Origin: an uncultured Actinomycetota bacterium
Lineage (GTDB): Bacteria > Actinomycetota > Actinomycetes > JACCUZ01
Direction of reading: 5' to 3'
Assembly (NCBI GenBank): GCA_963784645.1
Contig: CAWARY010000020.1
Location: 86,899 to 150,898, forward strand
DNA: 64,000 bases
In this document: positions 11,133-22,375 of the stretch, one piece after another
How the letters are laid out: the number at the start of each line of letters is the position of its first letter
Position numbering within the stretch: the stretch's first letter is position 1
Made by a program: the position numbers and the translations under genes
The notes under the pieces: model-generated
Seen by the model: only the letters and a program-made list of their open reading frames with translations
Database searches by the model: none
What the model was told of the DNA's origin: nothing

Positions 11133-12335
11133 TCAGCGGGCGCCCAGCACGTGCTCGACGGCGAGCTGGTCGAGCTGGGCGAACGCGTAGCCCCGCTCGG
11201 CCGCCGCCTGGACGTCGAAGGACTCGAACGCCGACGCGTCGGCGAGCAGGTCGTCGTACGACTCACCCTCGCCCAGGGTGGTCTGCGCGAGCTCACCGAC
11301 GCGGGACGCAGCCAGCGCCGCCTGCACCGCGGGGTCGGCCCGGAACGCGGCGGCCCGCTCCTTCAGCAGCAGATAGGTGCGCATGTTCGCGGCCGCCGAG
11401 GCCCACACCCCGTCGATGTCCTCGGTGCGCATCGGCTTGTAGTCGAAGTGCCGCGGACCGTCGTACACCGGCGGAGCGGTGCCGTCGGAGGCGCCGCCAC
11501 CGTTCTCCAGCAGGTCGACGAGGAAGAACGCCGACAGCAGGTCGCCGTGCCCGAACACCAGGTCCTGGTCGTACTTGGGACCATGCTGGCCGTTGAGGTC
11601 GATGTGGAAGAGCTTGCCCTGCCACAGCGCCTGCGCGATGCCGTGCACGAAGTTGAGCCCTGCCATCTGCTCGTGGCCGACCTCCGGGTTCACGCCGACC
11701 ATCTCGTGGTGCTCGAGGGTGGAGATGAACGCCAGGGCGTGGCCCAGGGTCGGCAGCAGGATGTCGCCGCGCGGCTCGTTCGGCTTGGGCTCGATGGCGA
11801 ACCGCAGGTTGTAGCCGCGGTCGATAGAGTACTGCGCGAGCATGTCGATGCCCTCGGCGTAGCGGGCCAGCGCCGAGCGCACGTCCTTGGCCGAGTCGGT
11901 CTCGGCGCCCTCGCGGCCGCCCCAGAACACGTAGGTCGACGCGCCCAGCTCGGCAGCGAGATCCATGTTGCGCATGACCTTGCGCAGGGCGTAGCGGCGG
12001 ATGCCGCGGTCGTTGCTGGTGAAGCCGCCGTCCTTGAACACGGGATGCGTGAACAGGTTGGTCGTCATCATCGGCACGACCATGCCGGTCTCGTCCAGCG
12101 CGGCGCGGAACCGCTTGATGTGGTCGTCGCGCGACGCGTCGTCGCTGCCGAACGGGATCAGGTCGTCGTCGTGGAAGGTGACACCGTGGGCACCGAGCTC
12201 GGCGAGCCGGTGCACGGACTCGACCGGGTCCAGGGCCGGCCGGGTCGCGTCACCGAACGGGTCACGTGCCTGCCAGCCCACGGTCCACAGGCCGAAGGTG
12301 AACTTGTCCGCGGGGGTCGGTCGTAGGTCGCTCAT
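11133..12335 (-). CDS. xylA: Xylose isomerase, actinobacterial short type
   Basis: [61 protein letters not shown] are hallmark class-I xylose isomerase motifs. The ATG is at 12335. Confidence 0.9.
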   Translation of the reverse strand: MSDLRPTPADKFTFGLWTVGWQARDPFGDATRPALDPVESVHRLAELGAHGVTFHDDDLIPFGSDDASRDDHIKRFRAALDETGMVVPMMTTNLFTHPVFKDGGFTSNDRGIRRYALRKVMRNMDLAAELGASTYVFWGGREGAETDSAKDVRSALARYAEGIDMLAQYSIDRGYNLRFAIEPKPNEPRGDILLPTLGHALAFISTLEHHEMVGVNPEVGHEQMAGLNFVHGIAQALWQGKLFHIDLNGQHGPKYDQDLVFGHGDLLSAFFLVDLLENGGGASDGTAPPVYDGPRHFDYKPMRTEDIDGVWASAAANMRTYLLLKERAAAFRADPAVQAALAASRVGELAQTTLGEGESYDDLLADASAFESFDVQAAAERGYAFAQLDQLAVEHVLGAR

Positions 12336-12379
12336 GGTGTCTCTCTCGTCGTCACGGATCGGTCGGCACTTCGGGTGTA

Positions 12380-13594
12380 CTACGAGGCAGTCCGTCGGGA
12401 CAGCTCGAGAAGGGGGTCGGACAGCAGCGGGTCGAACGCCAGCTCGGCGGCCCCGAGCAGCGTCGAGTCGGCGCCGAGCCCGGGCGCGACGAGGCGCACC
12501 TGCTGGACCAGCGCCGCCAGGCCGGTGGCCTCGAACTCGGCACGCACGGTGGGGCCGGCAGCGAGCAGCACCGCCTCGAGGGCACCGCCCATGATCACGA
12601 CCTCGGGGTTGAGCACGTTGACCACGTTGCCCGTGCCGCGGCCCAGCCACGTCGCGACGTGCTGCAGCGCGTCGCGGGCCCGGGCGTCGCCCTCGGAGGC
12701 CGCGGCGACGACCTCGCGGACGCCGGCGAGCCCCCCGCCCGGAGGTCGGCCCGCGAGCTCGAACAACCGCTCCTCGCCGCACTCGGTCTCCCAGCAGCCG
12801 GTCGAGCCGCAGTGGCACGGCAGGCCGTCGGGGTTGACCAGCGAGTGGCCCACCTCGCCCGCGTAGCCGGCCCGGCCGCCGAGGGGGCTTCCGCCGGCGA
12901 AGATGCCGGCACCGAGGCCGGAGTGCCCGGAGAGGTAGACGGCGTCCTCGACCCCGGCCGCCGCTCCCCGCACGTGCTCCGCCCGGATGCCGAGGTCGGC
13001 GTCGTTGCCGACGGCGACCGGGAGGCCGAGGGCGTCGGCGAGCTCGTGCCCGAGCGGGACGTCGCGCCAGCCGAGGTTCGGGGCCTGCCGCACCTGGCCG
13101 TCGTGGCGACGGACCATGCCGGGCACGGCCACGCCGGCAGCGACGACCACGGCCCCCTTCCCGACCTCGGCGAGCAGCGCGGCGCCCTCGGAGGCCAGTG
13201 CCGAGGCGACTGCGCGGGGTCGCGGGGTCCGGCGTGGCCAGCTGCTGTCCCGACGCGACAGCACCACCCCACCGAGCCCGACCCGGGCCACCGTGAGGTG
13301 CGTGACGCCGACGTCCATCGCCAGCACCTGGACCTGCTCGGTCTCCGGCGAGACGACGTGCGACGGCCGACCGCCGCTGCTGGCCGCCCGGCCGGCCTCC
13401 TCCCGTACCAGGCCGGCCGCCGCGAGCTCACCGGTGAGGCCACCGATCGTGCTGCGGTTGAGGCCCAGCACCGCCGTCAGGCGGCTGCGCGCGGTCGGCC
13501 CGTGCACGTGGACGTAGCGCAGCAGAGTCGACAGGTTGCCGCGCCGGACGTCTTCGGACCTCGCACCACGAGCGCCTCGAGCAAGGACCGTCAT
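12380..13594 (-). CDS. ROK family transcriptional regulator; likely the xylose repressor XylR
   Basis: An N-terminal wHTH ([38 protein letters not shown]) is followed by a ROK sugar-kinase-like domain with the Zn motif [10 protein letters not shown]. The gene sits between the xylose ABC genes and xylA on the same strand. Confidence 0.8.
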   Translation of the reverse strand: MTVLARGARGARSEDVRRGNLSTLLRYVHVHGPTARSRLTAVLGLNRSTIGGLTGELAAAGLVREEAGRAASSGGRPSHVVSPETEQVQVLAMDVGVTHLTVARVGLGGVVLSRRDSSWPRRTPRPRAVASALASEGAALLAEVGKGAVVVAAGVAVPGMVRRHDGQVRQAPNLGWRDVPLGHELADALGLPVAVGNDADLGIRAEHVRGAAAGVEDAVYLSGHSGLGAGIFAGGSPLGGRAGYAGEVGHSLVNPDGLPCHCGSTGCWETECGEERLFELAGRPPGGGLAGVREVVAAASEGDARARDALQHVATWLGRGTGNVVNVLNPEVVIMGGALEAVLLAAGPTVRAEFEATGLAALVQQVRLVAPGLGADSTLLGAAELAFDPLLSDPLLELSRRTAS

Positions 13595-13602
13595 GAGATC
13601 CG

Positions 13603-14859
13603 CTATGCGCGACCGGAGGCGGCCGCCCGCTTGCGCGACAGCGCGTCGACGCCCGCCGCCAGCAGCAGGACCAGTCCCGTGACCATGTAGACGACGGCGG
13701 CCGACTGGTTCAGCAGCAGCATGCCGTTGGCCACCACAGCCACGACCAGGCCGCCGACGATCGCGTCGACCGGCCGTCCCTTGCCGCCGAACAGGCTGGT
13801 GCCGCCGATGACCGCTGCACCGACGGCGTAGAGCAGGGTCTCGCCACCACCGGTCGACGGGGTCACCGAGTTGACCCGGCTGGCGAGCAGGACGCCCGCG
13901 ATCGCCGCGATCATCGAGCAGAGCACGAAGCAGAGCAGCCGGATCCGCCCGACGTTGATGCCCGCGCGACGAGCCGCCTCGGCGTTGCCACCGACCGCAT
14001 AGACGTGCCGGCCGAACACCGTGCGCGTCAGCAGCAGGCTCAGCAGCACGAGCAGCACGAGCACGACCGGGATGACGATCGGCACGCCCTTGATCGAGGT
14101 CACCGCGACGTTCCGGCTGCGCTCGGTGCTCAGGTAGTAGGTGCCCAGGCCCAGCAGCACGGCGAGGGACGCGACCTTGATCAGCCACACCGTCGGGGTC
14201 TGGGTGACCAGCCCCTTGCTGCGGCGGTTCTGCATCGCGCGGAACGACACGGCGGCGTAGCCCCCCACCACGCCGGCGAACATCACCCAGCCCAGCCAGA
14301 TCGGCAGGTTCTTGGCCATGATCGCGAGCACGGTGTCGCTCTGGATGCGGATCGTGCCGCCCTGGCCGATGACCTTGAGCAGGATGCCCTGCAGCGCGAG
14401 GAACAGCGCGAGGGTCACGACGAACGACGGGATCCCGATGCGGGACACGAGGATGCCGATGAAGAGCCCGATGACCGCGCCGGTGGCCAGGCAGGCGAGG
14501 ACGCCGAGGTACCACGGCATGTCGTTCTTGGTGGCGACCACCCCGAGGATCGCGCCGGCCACGCCTGCGGTGTACCCGGCGGACAGGTCGATCTCGCCGA
14601 TGAGCAGCACGAACACGAGGCCCATCGCGATGACGATGACCGGGGCGCTCTGGATGAGCAGGTTGGCGAAGTTGAACGAGTTGGTGAACGTGTCCGGCCG
14701 CAGCGAGGAGAAGACGATGACGAGGACGGCCAGCCCGAGGATGGCCGGCAGGGGGCCGACGTCACCCCCGCGCAGGCGCGACACGTACTCGCGGAAGGCG
14801 TCGGACACGGTGGCCTGCGGCAGCGTCGGGACCTCGTGGGTCTCGTCAGCGGTGCTCAT
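13603..14859 (-). CDS. Sugar ABC transporter permease (CUT2 family, xylH-like)
   Basis: The translation is a multi-TM protein with the CUT2 permease signature and a C-terminal ...LSRKRAAASGRA tail. The ATG at 14859 overlaps the ATPase stop by 4 nt. Confidence 0.85.
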   Translation of the reverse strand: MSTADETHEVPTLPQATVSDAFREYVSRLRGGDVGPLPAILGLAVLVIVFSSLRPDTFTNSFNFANLLIQSAPVIVIAMGLVFVLLIGEIDLSAGYTAGVAGAILGVVATKNDMPWYLGVLACLATGAVIGLFIGILVSRIGIPSFVVTLALFLALQGILLKVIGQGGTIRIQSDTVLAIMAKNLPIWLGWVMFAGVVGGYAAVSFRAMQNRRSKGLVTQTPTVWLIKVASLAVLLGLGTYYLSTERSRNVAVTSIKGVPIVIPVVLVLLVLLSLLLTRTVFGRHVYAVGGNAEAARRAGINVGRIRLLCFVLCSMIAAIAGVLLASRVNSVTPSTGGGETLLYAVGAAVIGGTSLFGGKGRPVDAIVGGLVVAVVANGMLLLNQSAAVVYMVTGLVLLLAAGVDALSRKRAAASGRA

Positions 14860-15680
14860 GCCGTGGCCCCCGTCCCGCCGGTGCCGGGATCGTCGTCGTC
14901 GTCCGCCCTCGAGCCGCCGGTGATGAGCTGGACGACCTCGGTGTGGTTCACGTCCTTGGCCTCGACCTGCGCGGTCATCTTCCCGAGGTAGAGCACGGCG
15001 ATGTCGTCCGCGACCGCGAGCACGTCGTTCATGTTGTGCGAGATCAGGACGACCGCGAGCCCGCGGTCCGCGAGCCTGCGGACCAGCGCGAGCACCTGCT
15101 CGGTCTGCGCGACACCCAGGGCCGCGGTCGGCTCGTCGAGGATGACGAGCTTGGAGTTCCAGAGCACTGCACGGGCGATGGCGACCGTCTGTCGCTGCCC
15201 GCCGGACAGGCTGGCGACCTTCTGCCGGATCGACTTCACGGTGCGGACCGAGAGACCAGCGAGCGTCTCGGCTGCGCGCCGCTCCATCGTGATCTCGTCC
15301 AGGAACCCGCTGGTGAGCTGCTCCCGGCCGAGGAAGAGGTTCTGGACGATGTCCAGGTTGTCGCACAGCGCGAGGTCCTGGTAGACGACCTCGATACCCA
15401 GGGCGTTCGCCTGCTTGGGGTTGTGGACGTGCACCTGCTTGCCCTCGAAGAGGTACTCGCCGTGGTCGAAGGGGTGGATGCCGGCGATCCCCTTGATCAG
15501 GGTGCTCTTGCCGGCCCCGTTGTCACCGACCAGTGCCGTGACGCGGCCGAGCCGGAGGGTCAGGTCGACGCCGTGCAGGACCTGGACGGCTCCGAAGCTC
15601 TTGTCGATCCCCTTGAGCTCGAGCAGTGGGGCGGAGTCGGTGGAGCCGGGTCGCCCCGCATCGGTGGTGGTCGCTGTCAT
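14856..15680 (-). CDS. Sugar ABC transporter ATP-binding protein (single NBD, xylG-like)
   Basis: Walker A (GDNGAGKST), the LSGGQRQ signature, Walker B (ILDEPTAAL) and the H-loop (SHN) are all present. It has only one nucleotide-binding domain (274 aa). Confidence 0.85.
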   Translation of the reverse strand: MTATTTDAGRPGSTDSAPLLELKGIDKSFGAVQVLHGVDLTLRLGRVTALVGDNGAGKSTLIKGIAGIHPFDHGEYLFEGKQVHVHNPKQANALGIEVVYQDLALCDNLDIVQNLFLGREQLTSGFLDEITMERRAAETLAGLSVRTVKSIRQKVASLSGGQRQTVAIARAVLWNSKLVILDEPTAALGVAQTEQVLALVRRLADRGLAVVLISHNMNDVLAVADDIAVLYLGKMTAQVEAKDVNHTEVVQLITGGSRADDDDDPGTGGTGATA

Positions 15681-15811
15681 GGCACCTCGCCTGCCTCGCT
15701 GGTGGTCGACCGCTCTCCGCGGTGGGACGACGGCACGCTAGCGGCCTGCGCAGGTGCCGGGGGCAGAGGCCCGGCCGAGGATGTGCTCCTCGACCGGGCC
15801 CCCGGTCCCTG

Positions 15812-16939
15812 CTAGCTCAGGCCGAGCTTGGTGCAGTCGGCCGCGAACGCGCCCGTGCAGACCTTGTCCACCGTGGTGTACCCGGCGTCGAAGGGTGCCT
15901 TGATGTTGTCCTGCGTGACCCACACGGGCGTCGCGAAGACCGAGTCGACCTTCTTGTTCGCCTGGGTGTCGTCGACGGTGCCGTTGACCAGCGAGGCCGC
16001 CGAGCCGTCGTCCTTGAGGATCGCGATGGCGAGCTTCGCAGCCGCCTCGGCCTCGAGGTTGACGTCCTTGAAGACGGTGCCGCACTGGGTGCCGGCGACG
16101 ACCCGCTGGAGACCCTCGTCGGAGGCGTCCTGGCCGGTGACCGGGACCTTGCCGGCGAGACCGTTGTTCTTCAGCACGGTGACGATGCCGCCGGCCATGG
16201 TGTCGTTGGCCGAGATGACGCCGTCGATCTTGCCCTTGTTCTGGGTGAAGATCTGCTCGAAGGTGGTCTGCGCCACGGTGGCGTCCCACTTGCCGGTCTG
16301 GTCGCCGACCTTGGTGTAGTCACCCGAGTCGTACTTGGCCTGCAGGGCACCGTCATAGCCCTGCTTGAACAGCGCGGCGTTGTTGTCGGTCGGGTCGCCG
16401 TTGATCTCGGCGATGTTCGCCTTGGTCTTGCCGGCGTCGTCGAGGCACTTGATCAGGCCGTCACCCATGAGCTTGCCGACCTGGACGTTGTCGAAGGACA
16501 CGTAGAAGTCGGCCGAGCCACCCAGGGTCAGGCGGTCGTAGTCGATGCTCGGGATGCCCGAGTCCTTGGCCTTCTTCTCGCAGGCCGCGCCGCTGTCGGA
16601 GTCGAGGTTGACGATCATGAGGACGTTGACGCCCTCGTTGATCATCGAGTCGCACAGCGAGGAGAACTTGCTCACATCCTTGGAGGCGTTCTGGATGTTG
16701 GCCGTGTAGCCGGCGGCCTCGATGGCCTTCTGCAGGGCCGGCCGGTCGTTGTTCTCCCAGCGCGGCGAGGTGGCCGCGTCCGGCAGGATCACGCCGACCT
16801 TGCCGCCTGCGGCGGCGCTGCTGGACGAGCTGCCGCTGCCGCTGCCGGTGGTCGAGTCGCCGCCGCTGCTGCCGCCGCAGGCGGTCAGGAGCAGCGGGAG
16901 GACGACCAGGCCGGCCACCGCCATCTTTCGCATCCGCAT
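15812..16939 (-). CDS. Sugar ABC transporter substrate-binding lipoprotein (xylF-like)
   Basis: Translation begins MRMRKMAVAGLVVLPLLLTACGG, a lipobox. It is followed by a periplasmic-binding-protein type I fold composition. The gene is the first in the xylose ABC cluster. Confidence 0.8.
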   Translation of the reverse strand: MRMRKMAVAGLVVLPLLLTACGGSSGGDSTTGSGSGSSSSSAAAGGKVGVILPDAATSPRWENNDRPALQKAIEAAGYTANIQNASKDVSKFSSLCDSMINEGVNVLMIVNLDSDSGAACEKKAKDSGIPSIDYDRLTLGGSADFYVSFDNVQVGKLMGDGLIKCLDDAGKTKANIAEINGDPTDNNAALFKQGYDGALQAKYDSGDYTKVGDQTGKWDATVAQTTFEQIFTQNKGKIDGVISANDTMAGGIVTVLKNNGLAGKVPVTGQDASDEGLQRVVAGTQCGTVFKDVNLEAEAAAKLAIAILKDDGSAASLVNGTVDDTQANKKVDSVFATPVWVTQDNIKAPFDAGYTTVDKVCTGAFAADCTKLGLS

Positions 16940-17146
16940 GACGTGGTGCCCTTCCGATCGGGAGCGGCACCGAGGGGACGGGCCGCAGGAATGTTGTGGG
17001 CCACAACGTACTGACCCGCAAGCGCCCGGGGAAGTCACAAGTTCGTAACGAGGCCGAAACGCCCGAGTCGTCCCGTGGATGCCACCGGACTCACAGGTAA
17101 CCCGCCGCGGTGGGGCCATTGCCGGCGCAGACCAGTCAGGTCCAGT

Positions 17147-17262
17147 AGGTCGGTGACCCGCCGTCGCGGGTGCGGTCAAGCCTGCGGGTCCGTGACCCGC
17201 CGTCGAGGCTCGAGGTCTGAGCGCGTGGGTCGGTGGCCCGCCGTCGCGGGTGCAGGTCAGAG
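17147..17262. repeat. Three direct copies (about 33 bp each, one degenerate) of GGTCGGTG(A/G)CCCGCCGTCGCGGGTGC(A/G)GGTCA. Further inverted copies of the GACCCGCCGTCG core lie at 17485, 17543 and 17566.
   Basis: The repeats were read directly from the sequence. Copies 17148-17180 and 17229-17262 are about 94% identical. Each contains an ACCCGC-N4-GCGGGT internal inverted repeat. Confidence 0.6.
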
Positions 17263-17335
17263 CGGCCAGGACGCGGACGCTGCACCTGCCGGGCGGGGCG
17301 CCGTCGGTCTCATTCCGTGGGATGACCGGGGCGCT

Positions 17336-17396
17336 TCACATGGCGTACTGGTGCTTTGCGTGGCGTGCACGCCATGCAAAGCACCCGTACGCCATG
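17336..17396. repeat. An imperfect palindrome of about 60 bp, predicted to form a long hairpin
   Basis: catggcgtactggtgctttgcgtggcgtgc / gcacgccatgcaaagcacccgtacgccatg are 27-nt arms with 2 mismatches. The palindrome produces mirror-image peptides in track ORFs 17075..17530 (+) and 17310..17576 (-). Confidence 0.6.
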
Positions 17397-17582
17397 CCAA
17401 GTGGTGCGGGTGTCCCAGGGATCGAGACCGACGGCGGCCGGCGCGGCAGGCGAAGGGTGTCCGTGTCCCCAGCCGCTCTGACGCCGACCACGACGGCGGG
17501 TCAGGGGATCAGGGATCTGACCCTCGCTGACGCGAGTCGACCACGGCGGGTCAGGCTGGGCCCGACCCGCCGTCACCCGCCC

Positions 17583-20387
<2,805 letters not shown>

Positions 20388-20466
20388 GAGGGACTCCTCT
20401 CGTCGTGCACCACTGCGAGCCATCCTGCCCGGGTGGTGCAGGCTCGCCGCACCCGGTGCCCGCACG

Positions 20467-20486
20467 ATATCTCGACGTCAAGATAT
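20467..20486. promoter_or_regulatory. AT-rich 20-bp near-perfect palindrome ATATCTCGACGTCAAGATAT in the divergent acn / thioesterase promoter region
   Basis: Read from the sequence. It has 2 mismatches against its own reverse complement. It is strikingly AT-rich for this genome. It lies 80 nt upstream of the acn start and abuts the ATG of the divergent hotdog gene. Confidence 0.4.
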
Positions 20487-20954
20487 ATGTCCAGCACCGA
20501 TCTCCCGAGCCGGCCAGGAGAGGATCGCGACGTGACGACCGACCCCGACGACGTGCGCGCCAGCCTCGGGCGACAGACATTCATGACTCTCCTGGGTGCC
20601 ACGGCCACGACGGTCGACCCGGGGCACGTCCGGATCGAGCTGCCCTACCGCGAGGACCTCTGCCAGCAGAACGGCTTCCTCCACGCCGGCGTCCTGACGT
20701 CGATCGCGGACTCCGCGTGCGGTTACGCCGCTCTCACCCTCATGCCGACGGGCAGCGACGTGCTCGCGGTCGAGTTCAAGGTCAACCTGCTCGCCCCCGG
20801 ACGCGGGGAGCTGTTCAGGGCCGACGCCCGGGTGGTCCGCAGCGGCCGGACCTTGACCGTGTGCCAGGCCGAGGTGGTGGCTTCCTCGAGCGGCGGGGAC
20901 GACGTCACCGTGGCGCTGATGCAGGCGACGATGATCGCCCGGCCACCGCGCTGA
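20487..20954 (+). CDS. Hotdog-fold thioesterase (PaaI/YbgC-like)
   Basis: The region ...GFLHAGVLTSIADSACGYAALTL...VEFKVNLLAPGRGELFRADARVVRSGRTLTVCQAEV is a typical PaaI-type hotdog core. The start at ATG 20487 is uncertain. Confidence 0.6.
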   Translation: MSSTDLPSRPGEDRDVTTDPDDVRASLGRQTFMTLLGATATTVDPGHVRIELPYREDLCQQNGFLHAGVLTSIADSACGYAALTLMPTGSDVLAVEFKVNLLAPGRGELFRADARVVRSGRTLTVCQAEVVASSSGGDDVTVALMQATMIARPPR

Positions 20955-21068
20955 GCGACGGGGTGCCGGTCGTCCGTGCCCCGTGCCGGTCCGCATGTCC
21001 GACCGGGTGCGGGCACCTGGTCATTTCGGCCCTCCCGCTCCTGCGTTTCCGGGCGTACGCTGCCGCCG

Positions 21069-21364
21069 TGGCCACCGTCTCCAGGCCTCGTTCAGGGCGC
21101 GAGAACCTCCAGTACTTCGCCGAGCTGCAACGACAGGTCGGCGAGCGCGTCGCGCCGTTGCGCACCCGGCAGCGGCTCCGCCGGCGGGCCCGCATCCGTC
21201 GGCTGGTCGGACGCGCCGTGCTCCTGATGGTCCCCGTGCTGGTGGCAGTGCTGCTCGCACTCGACACCGGCGGCGGCCGGACCTGGCTCGGCGACCGCTG
21301 GCAGGACGTGACCCGGTCGGCGACGACACCCGACCAGCAGTCGAGTGCTCCTGCCTCCTCCTAG
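21069..21364 (+). CDS. Possible small membrane protein of about 98 aa; low confidence
   Basis: The tail of track ORF 20249..21364 (VATVSRPRSG...RRLVGRAVLLMVPVLVAVLLALDTGGG...) has one TM-like helix. There is no clear RBS. Confidence 0.2.
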
Positions 21365-21372
21365 GTGTGTGC

Positions 21373-21870
21373 CTAGGCGGGGGCGACGCGGTCGCGATGG
21401 TCCGGCCAGGCGACCGGGGGACGACCCTGCGACTGCTCGACGAACTGGTCGAGGAACCAGCGGCGGTAGGCCACCAGCGGTGCCGGGGTCTCCAGGGTGA
21501 GCAGCAGCCGCCCTTCCCGGCAGTAGTCGTCGACCTCGTCGAAGATCGACCCCAGCTGCGCGGCGGCGACGGCCGCCGAAGCCGGCACCGAGTAGACCAG
21601 GTCGACCGACTCGCGACCCTCCTGGACAGCCCGGGCCAGCTGCCTCTCCTGCTCGGCGGTGAACATCGAGTAGCGGGAGCTGAGGGCGGAGACCAGCTCG
21701 ACGAACCGCTGCGGGAGCCCACCGGGATCGCCCCGCTGGTGGACCTGCTCGGCGACGAGCACCAGCTCGCGAGTGATCTCGTCCGTGTGCTGCTGGGCAG
21801 CCGCTTGGAGCCGGATGGGGATCTGCCCGACGACGACGGTGATGAGCTCCTCGTCGGCCGGCGAGGTCAT
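21373..21870 (-). CDS. Hypothetical protein of 165 aa, translationally coupled to the upstream RsbW-like gene
   Basis: Translation begins MTSPADEELITVVVGQIPIRLQAAAQQHTDEITRELVLVAEQ.... Its ATG overlaps the upstream stop (ATGA). The composition is not Arg-rich junk. Confidence 0.5.
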   Translation of the reverse strand: MTSPADEELITVVVGQIPIRLQAAAQQHTDEITRELVLVAEQVHQRGDPGGLPQRFVELVSALSSRYSMFTAEQERQLARAVQEGRESVDLVYSVPASAAVAAAQLGSIFDEVDDYCREGRLLLTLETPAPLVAYRRWFLDQFVEQSQGRPPVAWPDHRDRVAPA

Positions 21871-22370
21871 GCCGCCGCCCGGGAGCCGGTCCGCACGCTC
21901 GCGGCGCCACCACGGGGCAGCACGCGCTGCCGGCGCGGCTCGCCGGGCCGTCCGCGGTCGGCTGTCCTCAACCCTGCGCCGAGACCCTCGAAGACCTCGC
22001 GGTCCCGGGCGATGCGGCACCAGACCGTCTTGCCGGTGGGGCTCGCCTCGACGCCCCACCGGGTGCTCAGCGCCTCGACGAGCGCGATGCCGCGGCCGGT
22101 CGTGGCGTCGCTGCCGTAGCCGCGGGCCTGCGGCGGCACCGGTGAGGAGTCGGTCACCTCCACGAGGAGCTCGTTCGGCTCCAGGACCAGGTGCACCGTG
22201 TAGGCGCTGCGCGCGTGCAGGGCGGCGTTGGTGGCGAGCTCGGTGAGCACCTGCGCAGCACCCATCTCGTAGTCGCCCGCCTGCCAGTCGTCGAGCGCGG
22301 CCCGGAGGAACCTCCGCGCCGCACCGATGGAGCTGAGCTCGGCAGGAAGGGTCAGGGACGCCTCGGGCAC
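21867..22370 (-). CDS. HATPase_c-type anti-sigma regulatory factor-like protein (RsbW/SpoIIAB-like Ser/Thr kinase fold)
   Basis: VPEASLTLPAELSSIGAARRFLRAAL... is the typical N-terminus of actinobacterial anti-sigma ATPases. ELATNAALHA and the G-rich YGSDATTGRGIALVEAL resemble the Bergerat-fold N and G boxes. The start is a GTG. Confidence 0.55.
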   Translation of the reverse strand: MPEASLTLPAELSSIGAARRFLRAALDDWQAGDYEMGAAQVLTELATNAALHARSAYTVHLVLEPNELLVEVTDSSPVPPQARGYGSDATTGRGIALVEALSTRWGVEASPTGKTVWCRIARDREVFEGLGAGLRTADRGRPGEPRRQRVLPRGGAASVRTGSRAAA

Positions 22371-22375
22371 GGCGC

